Notes: a model not told the origin generated them from the letters alone. A stretch of DNA of 59,609 bases from an uncultured archaeon (GCA_964555875.1 CAZKUD010000002.1:1-59609); one strand, 5' to 3'. Counted from the first letter of the stretch, positions 27,024 through 37,418 are shown. Translations and numbers: made by a program.

Positions 27024-27959
27024 ATGACGATAGACGCCAACTACCCCACGATGAGGGAAACCAGGCTCCCCCTCGGGCCTGTCAGGAGGGGGAAGGTCAG
27101 GGACATATACGAGCTGGACGACAAGCACCTTCTGATAGTCACCACTGACAGGATATCGGTCTATGACAGGGTCCTTCCCGACTGCGTGCCCCACAAGGGC
27201 TTCGGCCTGAACCGGACAGCAGATTACGTCTTCGTGGAGACCAAAGGCATAGTGCCGAACCACATGGTGGACGTGCCTGACGAGAACTCGATGGTGGTCA
27301 GGAGGGCCGACACGGTTTACCCTGTCGAGGTGATAGTCAGGGGGATAATAACAGGCTCTGCCTGGAAGACGTACCAGAAGGGCCTTCCCATATGCGGCAT
27401 AACCCTGCCTCCAGGGCTGGTCAAGAACCAGATGCTTGACGAGCCGATAGTCACGCCCACCACCAAGGCAGAGGTGGGGCATGACGAGCCGATAACGCAC
27501 GGGCAGGCCAGGGAGCTGGTGGGGCCCCACTGGGACGGGATAGTGGAAGCCTCCCTGGAGCTTTTCAGGGAAGGCAACAGGATGGCAGGGGAGAGGAACG
27601 CCATGCTGGCTGACACCAAGTTCGAGTACGGGGCGATAGACGGCAGGCTCACGCTGCTGGACGAGGCACTCACGCATGATTCATCCAGGTGGCTGGAGAC
27701 AGCCGAATGGGAGGCTGCCCTGAGGGAGGGCAGGGACCCTGACTGGATAGACAAGCAGTTCGTCAGGAACTACACAGTATCGGTCGGGTTTGAAGGGGAA
27801 GGCGAGCCGCCCAGCCTGCCTGACAACATCAGGAGGGGGGCTGCAGAGAGGATAATGAAGGTCCTCTACTTCCTGTCAGGGAATTACCCCACTGAGCCTG
27901 AGGCCCCGCCGTCTGACGAAAGGATAATGGGCAATCTCAAGGGGAGCCTGTGGATATGA
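27024..27959 (+). CDS. purC: SAICAR synthetase (long, ADE1-like type)
   Basis: RGKVRDIY, TDRISVYD, EVIVRGIITGS, TPTTKAEVGHD, ADTKFEYG, DSSR, DKQFVR. Confidence 0.96.
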   Translation: MTIDANYPTMRETRLPLGPVRRGKVRDIYELDDKHLLIVTTDRISVYDRVLPDCVPHKGFGLNRTADYVFVETKGIVPNHMVDVPDENSMVVRRADTVYPVEVIVRGIITGSAWKTYQKGLPICGITLPPGLVKNQMLDEPIVTPTTKAEVGHDEPITHGQARELVGPHWDGIVEASLELFREGNRMAGERNAMLADTKFEYGAIDGRLTLLDEALTHDSSRWLETAEWEAALREGRDPDWIDKQFVRNYTVSVGFEGEGEPPSLPDNIRRGAAERIMKVLYFLSGNYPTEPEAPPSDERIMGNLKGSLWI

Positions 27960-28477
27960 GCAGCGGAAGGATAGTGCCGATAATAATGGGCTCTCACAGG
28001 GACTACGGCTTTGCCAAGGGCATAGGCGACAAGCTGGACGAGTTCGATGTTCCGAATGCCTACAGGGTGGCTTCAGGAGAGAAGCACACAGGACTGTTGC
28101 TGAAAATCATGGGGGAGTACGAAAACGAGAAGGCACTGATATTCAACGACCAGATAGTTTACGTCACTGTCGCGGGCAGGTCGAACAAACTGTCAGGCAT
28201 CGTGGCGGGCAACACCACTTACCCTGTGATAGCTGCACCGCCTGACGGGGACAAGACGGCCCTCCAGATGGACATCTGGTCATCAGTCAGGTCCCCGAGC
28301 GAAAGCCCTGTGGTGACGGTTTTGGGAGCCGGAAACGCAGCACTGGCTGCTGTCAGGGTGTTCTCGCTCACTGACGGAAAACTGAGGAAGAGGCTTGAGA
28401 GGTACTGCGAGGAAGTCAGGAAGGGCATAGAAGAGCAGGACGAGAAATTCAGGAACGGCGAATTCCCTGACGTCTGA
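27956..28477 (+). CDS. purE: AIR carboxylase, class II-like PurE
   Basis: IMGS..D, VAGRSNKLSGIVAGNTTYPVIAAPP, DIWSSVRSPS; ATGA overlap with purC. Confidence 0.88.
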   Translation: MSSGRIVPIIMGSHRDYGFAKGIGDKLDEFDVPNAYRVASGEKHTGLLLKIMGEYENEKALIFNDQIVYVTVAGRSNKLSGIVAGNTTYPVIAAPPDGDKTALQMDIWSSVRSPSESPVVTVLGAGNAALAAVRVFSLTDGKLRKRLERYCEEVRKGIEEQDEKFRNGEFPDV

Positions 28478-28513
28478 TTTTCCAGAAAAATTTCACTGGG
28501 CCGTTTCCTGCAT

Positions 28514-29371
28514 TCAGATGTTGCCCGCGTATTCCACCGCGTTCTCGAATATGAGCCTGCCCTCACCCCTGTCAGGCATCTTCTCCCCATTCCGCTCGTA
28601 GACCGCCCTCATCCTGGTCCACCTGGGGTGCTGGGTGAAATCCAGCCAGGCCTCTGGGTGCGGCATCAGGCCGAACACCCTGCCTGTCCTGTCGCATATG
28701 CCAGCTATGTTGTCCCTGGAGCCGTTCGGGTTGAATGGATAGCCCGCGTCCTCCCTGCCTTCCGCATCGGTGTACTTGAAGACCACCTGGCCGTTCCTGT
28801 ACATCTCCCCCATCACGCCCTCGTCATTCGGTATGAACTTGCCCTCACCGTGCCTGATGGGCATCTCTATATTCTTGATGCCCCTTGTCCAGATGCACGT
28901 GTCGCTGTGCCAGTCAGCTGTCTCGTCTGCCTGGCCTCTCATGTACACCCAGGCGTCCCTGAACTGGCCCGAATCGTTCCTGGCCAGCGTGGCCCTCTTC
29001 TCGAACGAGCCGTCCTCTGTGCCTGGGAGCATTCCGAGCTCCACCAGGGACTGGAAGCCGTTGCATATCCCGCCTATGAGCTTGCCGTCGTCGACGAACT
29101 TCCTGAGGCTGTCCCCCATCCTGTATCCTGCCTCGTTCCTCTTGTACCTGACCTTGACCGCATATATGACGCCTGCCCTTATGTTGTCGGCGAATGAGAA
29201 GCCCCCCGGGAGCATGAGCATCTGGTAGTCATCAAGCTTCACGCCACCCTGTATGACGTCCTCTATCATCACCTTCTTGACTATGGCGCCTGCCTCGCTC
29301 AGGGCCCGGACTGTCTCGGCCTCGCAGTTTATCCCGTCGCCGTGCAGGACCAGGGCCCTCGGTATGGTCAT
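28514..29371 (-). CDS. purQ: FGAM synthase glutaminase subunit
   Basis: GINCEAE, PGGFSFAD, GICNGFQ, HGEG, GLMPHPE. Confidence 0.96.
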   Translation of the reverse strand: MTIPRALVLHGDGINCEAETVRALSEAGAIVKKVMIEDVIQGGVKLDDYQMLMLPGGFSFADNIRAGVIYAVKVRYKRNEAGYRMGDSLRKFVDDGKLIGGICNGFQSLVELGMLPGTEDGSFEKRATLARNDSGQFRDAWVYMRGQADETADWHSDTCIWTRGIKNIEMPIRHGEGKFIPNDEGVMGEMYRNGQVVFKYTDAEGREDAGYPFNPNGSRDNIAGICDRTGRVFGLMPHPEAWLDFTQHPRWTRMRAVYERNGEKMPDRGEGRLIFENAVEYAGNI

Positions 29372-32300
29372 GCTGCAGCCTCCTCAGGATGGTAGTTGAA
29401 CCTGTCGAACGTGCCCTGCCATGCCCTCTTGAGCTCGTATACGCTGTCGTCTATTATCGTGTTGCCTCCAAGGCCCCTCACCAGGAACCTGTCGTCTTCC
29501 CTCACTGTCCCGACGAGGCTGCACGCATTGCCTGCCATCGCTGCCTCGAACTCATCCCTCTTCCTCGGGTCGACCGAAACCACCAGCCTGCCCGATGATT
29601 CCGAGTAGAGGACAGCGTCGTCAGTACCAGCGCCTTCCCTCGCGATTCCTGAGAGGTCTACGTCCAGCCCATAGCCTCCTGCGAAGGATGTCCTGGCAAG
29701 CGACACGCCAAGGCCCGCCTTGTACACGCCGTGGCATGACTCCACCAGCCTCCTGTCCATCGCATCGAAGAGTGACCAGTAGAGCCTCATGTTCCTGTCC
29801 CTGTCGACCTGCGGCACGTTCAGGCCCACTTCGTCGTGCATCTCGTAGAACTCTGAACCTCCCCTCTCGTCCTTGGTCAGCCCCAGGACATAGACCAGGT
29901 CTCCCGGCATCTTGACGTCCATCGTGACGCACTTCCTGACGTCGTCCACCTTGGTGCAGGCGGTGAACAGGAGCGTCGGGGGCGCTGACACCCTGTGCAT
30001 CACGCCGTCCTTGTCGGGTATGTCCCCGTCCATCGACATGCTGTCCTTGCCTGAGACAGGGGGGGCCTTAAATCCTGTCGTGTAATCATACAATGCCTGG
30101 TTGGCCCTGACCAGCTGGGCGAGCTTGTACTTGGCGTCAGGGTTGTCGTCATCCGGTATGGGGTTGGGCCAGCAGAAGTTGTCGTTGAAGCCTATCCTGT
30201 CGGGCCTTCCCCCCACAGAGACCACCCTCCTGATGGCCTCGTCTATCACCCAGGCAGCCATATGGTAGGCGTCTATCTCGCTGAGCTTGGGGTTGATGGC
30301 GGCCGATGTCGCCATGCCCTCCCAGCTGTCCTCCAGGGGCTTTATGACCGCAGCGTCAGAGTTCACGTCGCTGTCCTTCCCGACCAGCGGCTTTATGACG
30401 CTCATGCCCTGCACCTCATGGTCGTACTGCCTGGAGATGTACTCCTTGCCGCTGATGTTGAGCCTTCCCAGCGTCTGCCTGAGTAAGGATGTGTGGTCCC
30501 CGACGGGCTCCAGCTCCGGCTCCTTCAGGCCCCTGTCCTCCGGGCCTGTCCATTCAGCCTCCATGTGCTTCTTGGGAACCCCGTTGTGCAGGAAGTCCAG
30601 GTCAAGGTAGCCCACCGTGTCCTTCCCGTACTTCAGGTGCAGCTTGCCTGTGTCATTGAACTGGCCTATCACAGTGCTCTCCACCCCGTACTTCCTGGAG
30701 AGCTCCATGAACTCCTCCCTGTTCTCCTCAGGGACTGAGACTATCACCCTCTCCTGGCTCTCTGATATCCATATCTCCCAGGGGTCCAGGCCTTCATATT
30801 TCAGGGGCGCCCTCTCCAGCCAGACCTCGCAGCCGAATGCGCCTCCTATCTCATTGTGCCTGCCGAAGTTCTGCGCCATCTCTCCCACGGATGAGCTCCA
30901 GCCCCCGCCTCCTGTGTCCGTCTTGCAGGTGTACAGGCCCATGTCCCTGGCCTCCCTGAGGAACGCGAACGTCTTCCTCTGGGTGAAGGGGTCCCCTGTC
31001 TGCACATGGCCTGCCGTTATCCTCTCGTCAGACTCCATGCTGGCCTGGGTCACGCCGTGTATGCCGTCTTTCCCGACCCTTCCCCCGCAGTTGACTATCA
31101 GGTCCCCTACCTCTGCCCTCTTCTCATGGGAGGGCTTGCCGTTTATCTCTGCAGGCGCGAAGCCGTATGCCCAGACGTATATGGCAGGCTTGCCCATGAA
31201 GCCGTTGTCATGGAACGTGAATCCTATCGGGGTGGCGACCCCGTGCTGGTTGGCTCCGTCCTCCACTCCCCACCTGGTGCCCTCCAGTATCTGGGCGTTG
31301 GTCAGCTCAGGAACGAGCTCTCCGTCATAAAATGGGTCACCAGTGCAGAACCCGTAGCCTCCGAGTATCACCCAGTGCCCTATGCCTGTTCCGTCCGGGT
31401 CCCTGAATACGCCCACGTTACCTGTTTCCGCGCCCCCGTACGGGTATTTCTTGGTCGGGCTGTTGTGGGTCTCGCACTTGAAGTTGTAGTTCCACCTGTC
31501 GTTGAACTTCATGACGCCCGCATTGTCCCACAGCGTGGATACAACCCAGTCCAGCTCCTCCTGGAGCTCCCTTGTGGCCCTCTTGATGTAGGTGTTGAAC
31601 AGGCTGTCTATCCTCTCCTCGCTCACCACAGCGCCCTCTGCGTCGAGCGTCCTGAAGTCTATGTCAGCGTTGAATATCTTGTGCTTGCAGTGCTCTGACC
31701 AGGTCTGCCCGAGGGTCTCCATCTCCACGTCAGTCGGCATGGGGTCCAGGCCATGGGCCTTCCTCTCTGCAATCACATCGGGCCTCGAGAAGTACTCCCT
31801 GATGACCTCCATCTCCACCCTGTCGAGGGACAGGCTCATGTTGTCGCTTATCATGTCGAGCTGGCCGTCTGCATCGCCGCTCTCCCTGAACCTCCCTATC
31901 ATCCCGCTGTATCTCTCGAACTTCTTCCTGTCCCTTCCCGGGTCGAACTGCGAAAGGAAGCCGTCAAAGGGGATGTCCAGGTCTATGTACCTGAACCCGG
32001 GGGTGTGCTTGATGCTTGCCCTTGGGACAGGCGGGGTGTACCCTTCCTTCCTGAACCTGTCGGCGCTCACTATCTCCCAGCGCTCCACGTTCTTGTTGCC
32101 GAAGACCTGCATCTCCCCTGCCCTCAGCATCTCCTCTTTGGGAATATCGCCCTCTATCAGGTAGAACTTTGAGACGTATACTCTCTCGCCCTTTGCGAAC
32201 CTCTCGCCCTCCATCAGCTCTATCGCCTCCCTGGAGGTGTCTCCCACATTGTCCTTCACCCCGGGCTGGAGGCCCACGTCGACCATCCAGTTCCAGGGGC

Positions 32301-32550
32301 GCACCCTGAGCAGCTCGTCAGGGCTGCCGTACACCTGGGTTATCTGCTCTGAAAAAAGCTCCCCAGCCAACCTGGTTACCTGCTCCTGGGTCATCTCCCT
32401 GTCTATCGTGTAGACGTGTATGGTCCTCACAGAATCAGCCTCTATGCCTGCGTCAGCGAGCTCCCTCTTCTTGCGCTCGCCTGCGCCGTCCTTGTGGCCT
32501 TCCCTGAAGGTCACCCCTATCCTGTGCGTGTCTGGAACCATGTCACTCAT
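29368..32550 (-). CDS. purL: FGAM synthase synthetase subunit with fused N-terminal PurS-like region
   Basis: QTWSEHCKH, KCETHNSP, DTGGGG, ISESQER, DNFCW, SGKDSM; about 190-aa N-extension with LQPGVKDNVG. Confidence 0.96.
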   Translation of the reverse strand: MSDMVPDTHRIGVTFREGHKDGAGERKKRELADAGIEADSVRTIHVYTIDREMTQEQVTRLAGELFSEQITQVYGSPDELLRVRPWNWMVDVGLQPGVKDNVGDTSREAIELMEGERFAKGERVYVSKFYLIEGDIPKEEMLRAGEMQVFGNKNVERWEIVSADRFRKEGYTPPVPRASIKHTPGFRYIDLDIPFDGFLSQFDPGRDRKKFERYSGMIGRFRESGDADGQLDMISDNMSLSLDRVEMEVIREYFSRPDVIAERKAHGLDPMPTDVEMETLGQTWSEHCKHKIFNADIDFRTLDAEGAVVSEERIDSLFNTYIKRATRELQEELDWVVSTLWDNAGVMKFNDRWNYNFKCETHNSPTKKYPYGGAETGNVGVFRDPDGTGIGHWVILGGYGFCTGDPFYDGELVPELTNAQILEGTRWGVEDGANQHGVATPIGFTFHDNGFMGKPAIYVWAYGFAPAEINGKPSHEKRAEVGDLIVNCGGRVGKDGIHGVTQASMESDERITAGHVQTGDPFTQRKTFAFLREARDMGLYTCKTDTGGGGWSSSVGEMAQNFGRHNEIGGAFGCEVWLERAPLKYEGLDPWEIWISESQERVIVSVPEENREEFMELSRKYGVESTVIGQFNDTGKLHLKYGKDTVGYLDLDFLHNGVPKKHMEAEWTGPEDRGLKEPELEPVGDHTSLLRQTLGRLNISGKEYISRQYDHEVQGMSVIKPLVGKDSDVNSDAAVIKPLEDSWEGMATSAAINPKLSEIDAYHMAAWVIDEAIRRVVSVGGRPDRIGFNDNFCWPNPIPDDDNPDAKYKLAQLVRANQALYDYTTGFKAPPVSGKDSMSMDGDIPDKDGVMHRVSAPPTLLFTACTKVDDVRKCVTMDVKMPGDLVYVLGLTKDERGGSEFYEMHDEVGLNVPQVDRDRNMRLYWSLFDAMDRRLVESCHGVYKAGLGVSLARTSFAGGYGLDVDLSGIAREGAGTDDAVLYSESSGRLVVSVDPRKRDEFEAAMAGNACSLVGTVREDDRFLVRGLGGNTIIDDSVYELKRAWQGTFDRFNYHPEEAAA

Positions 32551-33439
32551 CTGCCTTCATCTTGTAGCCGCCGTATGGGGTGAGCTCTCCATCCACCCAT
32601 ACATCACGGCCTTCTATCATCAGCCTGCCTGCCGCCCCCAGCTCAAGGGCCTTGCAGAATGCGCGGCCGTCACATCTGCCCTTCATCACACCCTGCGTCC
32701 CGTCAGCGTCGTCCCTCATCCTGTCGTAGGCGTGCCTCCATATCCACTTGTTTGCCATCCCATGGCTTATGGGGGCATCGGCAGAGCTTACGACTATCGG
32801 ACCAGTGTCAAGTTTCTCTTCGACGACGTGTATTATTGAGCATGTGCTGGCCTCCCCAAAGAGCTCGGCTGCAAAGACTGCATCGTCACCCCAGTACATC
32901 ATCTCCCAGCCGTCATCTATCATCCTGTATGCCTCTCCCCTCGGAACCGCCTCGCAGTTTCTCTTCCTTATCTGGTCTGTCCCTATCTCGAGAGGGTGCC
33001 TGTTCTTCAGGTTGCGCGCCTCAGCAAGCATTGGCTGAGGGTCCCTGTATAGTATGGAGCCCTTTGCAGGGTGGACGTTCCATATCCTGCCTTCGAATGG
33101 GTTTATCAATACAGGGTGGACTATGGAGTATTTCTTGAGCCAGCCTGAGAGGCCTATCACATCCGGGCCTATGCTCTCCGCGGCCTTTGCCACTTCAGTG
33201 TAGAAGGCCTCGCTTGAGGGGAATGAGAACGGGTCGATGTAGTGAAGCGTTATGCCGTGCTCATGCGCCAGCTCATAACCCTTCTGTGCCTTGCCTATGG
33301 GCCTGTTGGTGATGGCCGCCTTGACCCTGTAAAGGCTGCCGTGGTTGCCGCTCTCGAGCACAGCCTTCATGCTGCTTGCTCCGCCTGAGAACATGAAAAG
33401 AACGTCCATCGGATTTTGGGGGCTGTGCTGGAAAGGCAT
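32543..33439 (-). CDS. purN: Phosphoribosylglycinamide formyltransferase-like (divergent PurN)
   Basis: FSGGASS, LSGW, NVHP, HVVEEKLDTGPIV; probable start 33439 (TGATG overlap with purD). Confidence 0.8.
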   Translation of the reverse strand: MPFQHSPQNPMDVLFMFSGGASSMKAVLESGNHGSLYRVKAAITNRPIGKAQKGYELAHEHGITLHYIDPFSFPSSEAFYTEVAKAAESIGPDVIGLSGWLKKYSIVHPVLINPFEGRIWNVHPAKGSILYRDPQPMLAEARNLKNRHPLEIGTDQIRKRNCEAVPRGEAYRMIDDGWEMMYWGDDAVFAAELFGEASTCSIIHVVEEKLDTGPIVVSSADAPISHGMANKWIWRHAYDRMRDDADGTQGVMKGRCDGRAFCKALELGAAGRLMIEGRDVWVDGELTPYGGYKMKADE

Positions 33440-34842
33440 CAGGCTCCACCCCTGAGACTTTCCATGTGCCCAATGCACTGCTGGATGTATTCCTCAGAGG
33501 CTATGTCAGTCCTGTGCCAGAGGTTGCCGTCTATCTGGGCTATGCCCAGGAGGGAGGTCTCCCTCGCTTCCTGGATGCTCTCCCCTATGCCCACAGAGGC
33601 TATCGTCCTGGACTTGAGGGTATGCATGCTTGAATCGTCCATGAGCTCCATCGAGCCTGGGAACAGCCTGAGCTTGCCTTTCTTGAGCCCTTCCATCAGG
33701 AACGCGTACCCGAGGTTCAGCCTGGTGTTCCCTATCTCTGCGCCTTTCCCGCCGTACGTCTGCGGGACAGCATACGTGAGGACTGTGGCCAGTCCCTCGT
33801 TGAAGTTCACGGGCCTTAGCTCGTCGTTCGCCATGCCCAGGAAGGTGTCCACCGGGTCGTCCTCCATCGTGACCACCGTGTTCATCCACTCCGGGTCACC
33901 GGGCCTGCTGTTTATCTCGAGTATCTTGGCCCCGTCGCCTGTCAGGGTGTAGGCTATGTACAGGCTGACGCCCCTCAGCTCATTCCCGTAGACCTGGTTC
34001 AGGCCTTCGAACAGCCTGGCGGTCGTGTCCTGGATGCTGCCCCAGTCACTCCCGTCCATGAAGGGCAGCATGTATCCCGGGCCAGAGAAGGTGCCCATCC
34101 CCCCTGTGTTAGGGCCCCTGTCCCCGTTGAATGCCCTCTTGAAATCCCTCACGCAGGGAGTAAGCGAATAGTTTCCGCCTGCAGTGAATACCTGCTGGCT
34201 GACCTCCTGGCCTTCCACATATTCCTCGAGTATCACCTTGCCGCCGTCCTGGGCAGCAGGCCAGAAGAACTTGTCCCACATCTCATCGAAGGTGGTGAAA
34301 TGGTCTCCCGAGACACCGACCCCCTTGCCGAACCCGGGCAGTTCGGGCTTGACAGCCAGCCTGCCGTCAAGCTTATGGTACCATTCACTGACGCTGGCCC
34401 TCAGGTCGTCTATGTGTGCGCCGTCTGCAGGGTCCCTCTGGAAGACCTTGTACCTGGGGTTGGCCTCAGGGCAGAACCTCTCTATCAGTTCCCTCTGCTC
34501 GACCTTGCTCACCTCCAGGGCAGCGTTACTCGTTGGGCAGACCACAGGGATGTTGAAGTCGCCCTCCAGCCTGTCCCTCAGTCCGTCTATCACAGGGCCC
34601 TCTGAGCCGGGGACTGCGAATGCCAGCTTGCTCCTGTGCCTCTTGGCGAAATCGTAAAGCCCGTCTATGTCGAGGCCAGGGACCACCTCATGCGCCTTGG
34701 CAATGGCGACACCGAACGGGTTCCTCTGCTTGTCAGCTATGTAGAGGTCCACGTCGTACTTCCCGCTCCTCCTGAACGCATCAGCCAGGGCCATTCCCCT
34801 TGAGCCGTAAGAAGTCACCATTATCCCTATTCTTTCAGGCAT
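33439..34842 (-). CDS. purD: Phosphoribosylamine-glycine ligase
   Basis: GKGV, ILEEYVEGQEVS, DFKRAFNGDRGPNTGGMG, LEINSRPGDPE. Confidence 0.94.
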   Translation of the reverse strand: MPERIGIMVTSYGSRGMALADAFRRSGKYDVDLYIADKQRNPFGVAIAKAHEVVPGLDIDGLYDFAKRHRSKLAFAVPGSEGPVIDGLRDRLEGDFNIPVVCPTSNAALEVSKVEQRELIERFCPEANPRYKVFQRDPADGAHIDDLRASVSEWYHKLDGRLAVKPELPGFGKGVGVSGDHFTTFDEMWDKFFWPAAQDGGKVILEEYVEGQEVSQQVFTAGGNYSLTPCVRDFKRAFNGDRGPNTGGMGTFSGPGYMLPFMDGSDWGSIQDTTARLFEGLNQVYGNELRGVSLYIAYTLTGDGAKILEINSRPGDPEWMNTVVTMEDDPVDTFLGMANDELRPVNFNEGLATVLTYAVPQTYGGKGAEIGNTRLNLGYAFLMEGLKKGKLRLFPGSMELMDDSSMHTLKSRTIASVGIGESIQEARETSLLGIAQIDGNLWHRTDIASEEYIQQCIGHMESLRGGA

Positions 34843-34987
34843 CTGATTATCTATATTGTCCCGAACTTTCTTATAGGGATACTTAAAATTATTTTCGTAA
34901 GAAATCTGGAACTATCCAACGGTGACGAAACTGGCAGATAAGGGCAATTGAAACCTATTTATCGGGGACGGCACCAATTATTAACCA

Positions 34988-36607
34988 ATGATATCGCCTG
35001 TTTTCGACATAGGGCTGGTAATAATCATAGCCACCATATTCGCCTACTTCGCCCGTGGCTTGAGGCAGCCCATCATAGTGGGCTACGTGCTGGCAGGAGT
35101 ACTGGTGGGGCCACTGTGCCTGGGCTGGATAACCAGCCCGGAGGAGATAGCCATGATGTCAGAGCTGGGCATCGCCTTCCTGCTCTTCACCGTGGGCCTG
35201 GAGATAGACGTGCAGAAGCTCAGGTCTGTCGGAGGGGCGGCAGTCGTCGGCGGCCTGATACAGGTGGCGCTCACCTTCATGGCAGGATTCTGGTTCGCAG
35301 GCTTCTTCGGGTTCGGCAACCTGATAGGCATATACATGGGCCTGCTCTTCGCCTTCAGCTCGACGATGATAGTGGCCAAGATACTGGCAGACTCCCATGA
35401 GGTGGGGACCCTCCACGGAAGGATAATGCTGGGCATACTGATACTCCAGGACATAATAGTAGTCCTGGCCATACCGTTCCTGGAGAACATAAGCTCCATA
35501 TTCTCAGCGGAGATAGTCGGCATGATAGTCCTGAAGGGCCTCGGCCTGTTCTGCATAGGGATAGTGCTGAACAGGTTCGTCTTCACCAGGGTGCTCAATT
35601 ACGCGGCCAGGACCAAGGAGGTGCTGTTCCTGACGTCCGTGTCCACCTGCTTCATATTCATAGGCTTCGCCTACGCCCTCGGCTTCTCGATAGCGATAGG
35701 CGCCTTCATAGGCGGCCTGGCGATGGCCCAGTTCCCCTATAACGTGGAGGTGTTCGGAGAGATGAGGTCGCTCAGGGACTTCTTCGCCGTGGTGTTCTTC
35801 ACCTCCCTCGGGATGCAGCTCAACCTGTTCGTGATGTACAGCATGTTCGTGCCCTTCATAATCCTCCTGCTTGCGATAATGCTGCTGAAGCCTCTCGTAC
35901 TCTCACTGATATACATGGCCATGGGGTACGGCGGCAGGACCGCCAGCGCCATAGGGCTCGGCCTGGGGCAGGCGAGCGAGTTCACCTTCATAATAGCCGC
36001 CCAGGGCCTGCTGCTGGGGCACTTCTCACAGGACTTCTATTCGCTCCTGCTCAGCCTGATGGTGGTGTCCATCATAATAACGCCGTATTTCATGAAGTAC
36101 CACTACCAGATAGACGACTTCTTCGGCAGGTTCGGGATAGCCCGGAGGTTCACGCCCCACCACGTCAAGAAGCTTCAGAGGAAGCCCGAGAAGAGGCTGG
36201 GGAACCATATAGTGGTGTTCGGCCACGGGGTGATGGGGGAAAGGGTGGTCAACGGCCTGAAGGAGATGAGGAAGAAGTTCGTGGTGGTGGACCATGACCC
36301 GGATGTCGTCAGGAAGCTGAACTCCGAAGGCATATACTGCCTGTACGGGGAGGCTGACAACGAGGAGCTGCTCTCGGAGTCCGGCATATTCAGGGCCAGG
36401 ACCGCCATATTCACCATACCCGACATAGAGGAGGCCTCCCTGGCCATAAGGAAGGCCAGGAGGAAGAACAAGAAGATAAAGATATTCGCCAGGGCCATCA
36501 GCCAGAGGGAGAAGGAGCTGCTGCTGGAGTCCGGCGCCGACACAATTATAATACCCAAGCAGCTGGGGGCAACGGAAGTTATACGCAGGCTTAAGAAGTG
36601 CAAGTGA
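34988..36607 (+). CDS. CPA2/KefC-family cation:proton antiporter with C-terminal TrkA_N (KTN) domain
   Basis: LLFTVGLE, FSSTMIV, ILQD, LGQASEF, VFGHGVMG. Confidence 0.93.
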   Translation: MISPVFDIGLVIIIATIFAYFARGLRQPIIVGYVLAGVLVGPLCLGWITSPEEIAMMSELGIAFLLFTVGLEIDVQKLRSVGGAAVVGGLIQVALTFMAGFWFAGFFGFGNLIGIYMGLLFAFSSTMIVAKILADSHEVGTLHGRIMLGILILQDIIVVLAIPFLENISSIFSAEIVGMIVLKGLGLFCIGIVLNRFVFTRVLNYAARTKEVLFLTSVSTCFIFIGFAYALGFSIAIGAFIGGLAMAQFPYNVEVFGEMRSLRDFFAVVFFTSLGMQLNLFVMYSMFVPFIILLLAIMLLKPLVLSLIYMAMGYGGRTASAIGLGLGQASEFTFIIAAQGLLLGHFSQDFYSLLLSLMVVSIIITPYFMKYHYQIDDFFGRFGIARRFTPHHVKKLQRKPEKRLGNHIVVFGHGVMGERVVNGLKEMRKKFVVVDHDPDVVRKLNSEGIYCLYGEADNEELLSESGIFRARTAIFTIPDIEEASLAIRKARRKNKKIKIFARAISQREKELLLESGADTIIIPKQLGATEVIRRLKKCK

Positions 36608-36657
36608 TTTTCACAGAAAAATACTCACGTGAGCCCCAACAAGCAACGGGCCCACAT

Positions 36658-36918
36658 TTAAACGATGTCTTTCTCGGAAACTATGACGAAGTCTCCCACA
36701 GACTTCACCGCAGAGAACGGCACGAGCATCCTCTTCCTGTCGTCAGAAGGCAGGCTGAGTGTTGCGGTGTGCGGGGTCGTCTCCGAAAGGACCAGGTTTA
36801 TCAGCTCGCCAGACTCTGACACGTAGTCTATGTCCCCTATCATGCCGAACTTCTTGCCCGTCTCCTCAGAAACAAGGACCTTTCCTATGAGCTCTTTGCT
36901 CCTTATCCTCTCCTCCAT
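36658..36918 (-). CDS. PRC-barrel domain protein (CdpB-like)
   Basis: ELIGKVLVSEETGKKFGMIGDI...VPFSAVKSVGDFVIV. Confidence 0.8.
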   Translation of the reverse strand: MEERIRSKELIGKVLVSEETGKKFGMIGDIDYVSESGELINLVLSETTPHTATLSLPSDDRKRMLVPFSAVKSVGDFVIVSEKDIV

Positions 36919-37040
36919 GTAATCCTCCTAAGCATCAAACCGATGATATGATATTAGAGATAGGTTTTAAATACTTTTGCGCGTGCCGGAAAATCAGGCA
37001 GTCACCAGGATTGGGTTGAACCTGGCGCAGAGAACACACA

Positions 37041-37418
37041 TCAATTGTGGGATATCCTGTGTTTTATCATGGATGGGCTCTTTGCTGTTATTCTTGGGAT
37101 CATGACAGGGAATTCCAGCTGCTCTTTGCTTATTTTCGTTAAAATGAACATCCTTATGAAAAGGAAATTATTCTGCACAGATGTCTGGACTTTGCACGAT
37201 ATTATATTGGCAAGGGCATTCTTGTCCATCTTAAACTTTCTGACAAGCGGTTTCAGGAATTCTGTCGCATCCATAATCTCTATGGCGGCCAGCTTCTTGT
37301 TACTGTCAAAGTCTAGGACCAGTTTTCCGAATTCCACGCTTCCTTTTGATTTTTTCTTTCCGTTGTAAACGAAAAGGTCGTCATTTTCCATGTCGTAGTC
37401 GAATTTAAACTCTTGCAT
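37041..37418 (-). CDS. DUF2283-family protein (putative antitoxin)
   Basis: FDYDMENDDLFVY...LVLDFDSNKKLAAIEIMDA; overlaps the upstream DUF4258-like gene. Confidence 0.8.
   Translation of the reverse strand: MQEFKFDYDMENDDLFVYNGKKKSKGSVEFGKLVLDFDSNKKLAAIEIMDATEFLKPLVRKFKMDKNALANIISCKVQTSVQNNFLFIRMFILTKISKEQLEFPVMIPRITAKSPSMIKHRISHN

Noticed and set aside
37005-37025. ccagg...cctgg hairpin as a tRNA fragment or tRNA att site
   Set aside because: Loop is 11 nt and no cloverleaf forms; better explained as the diverged copy of the ATPase 3' end.
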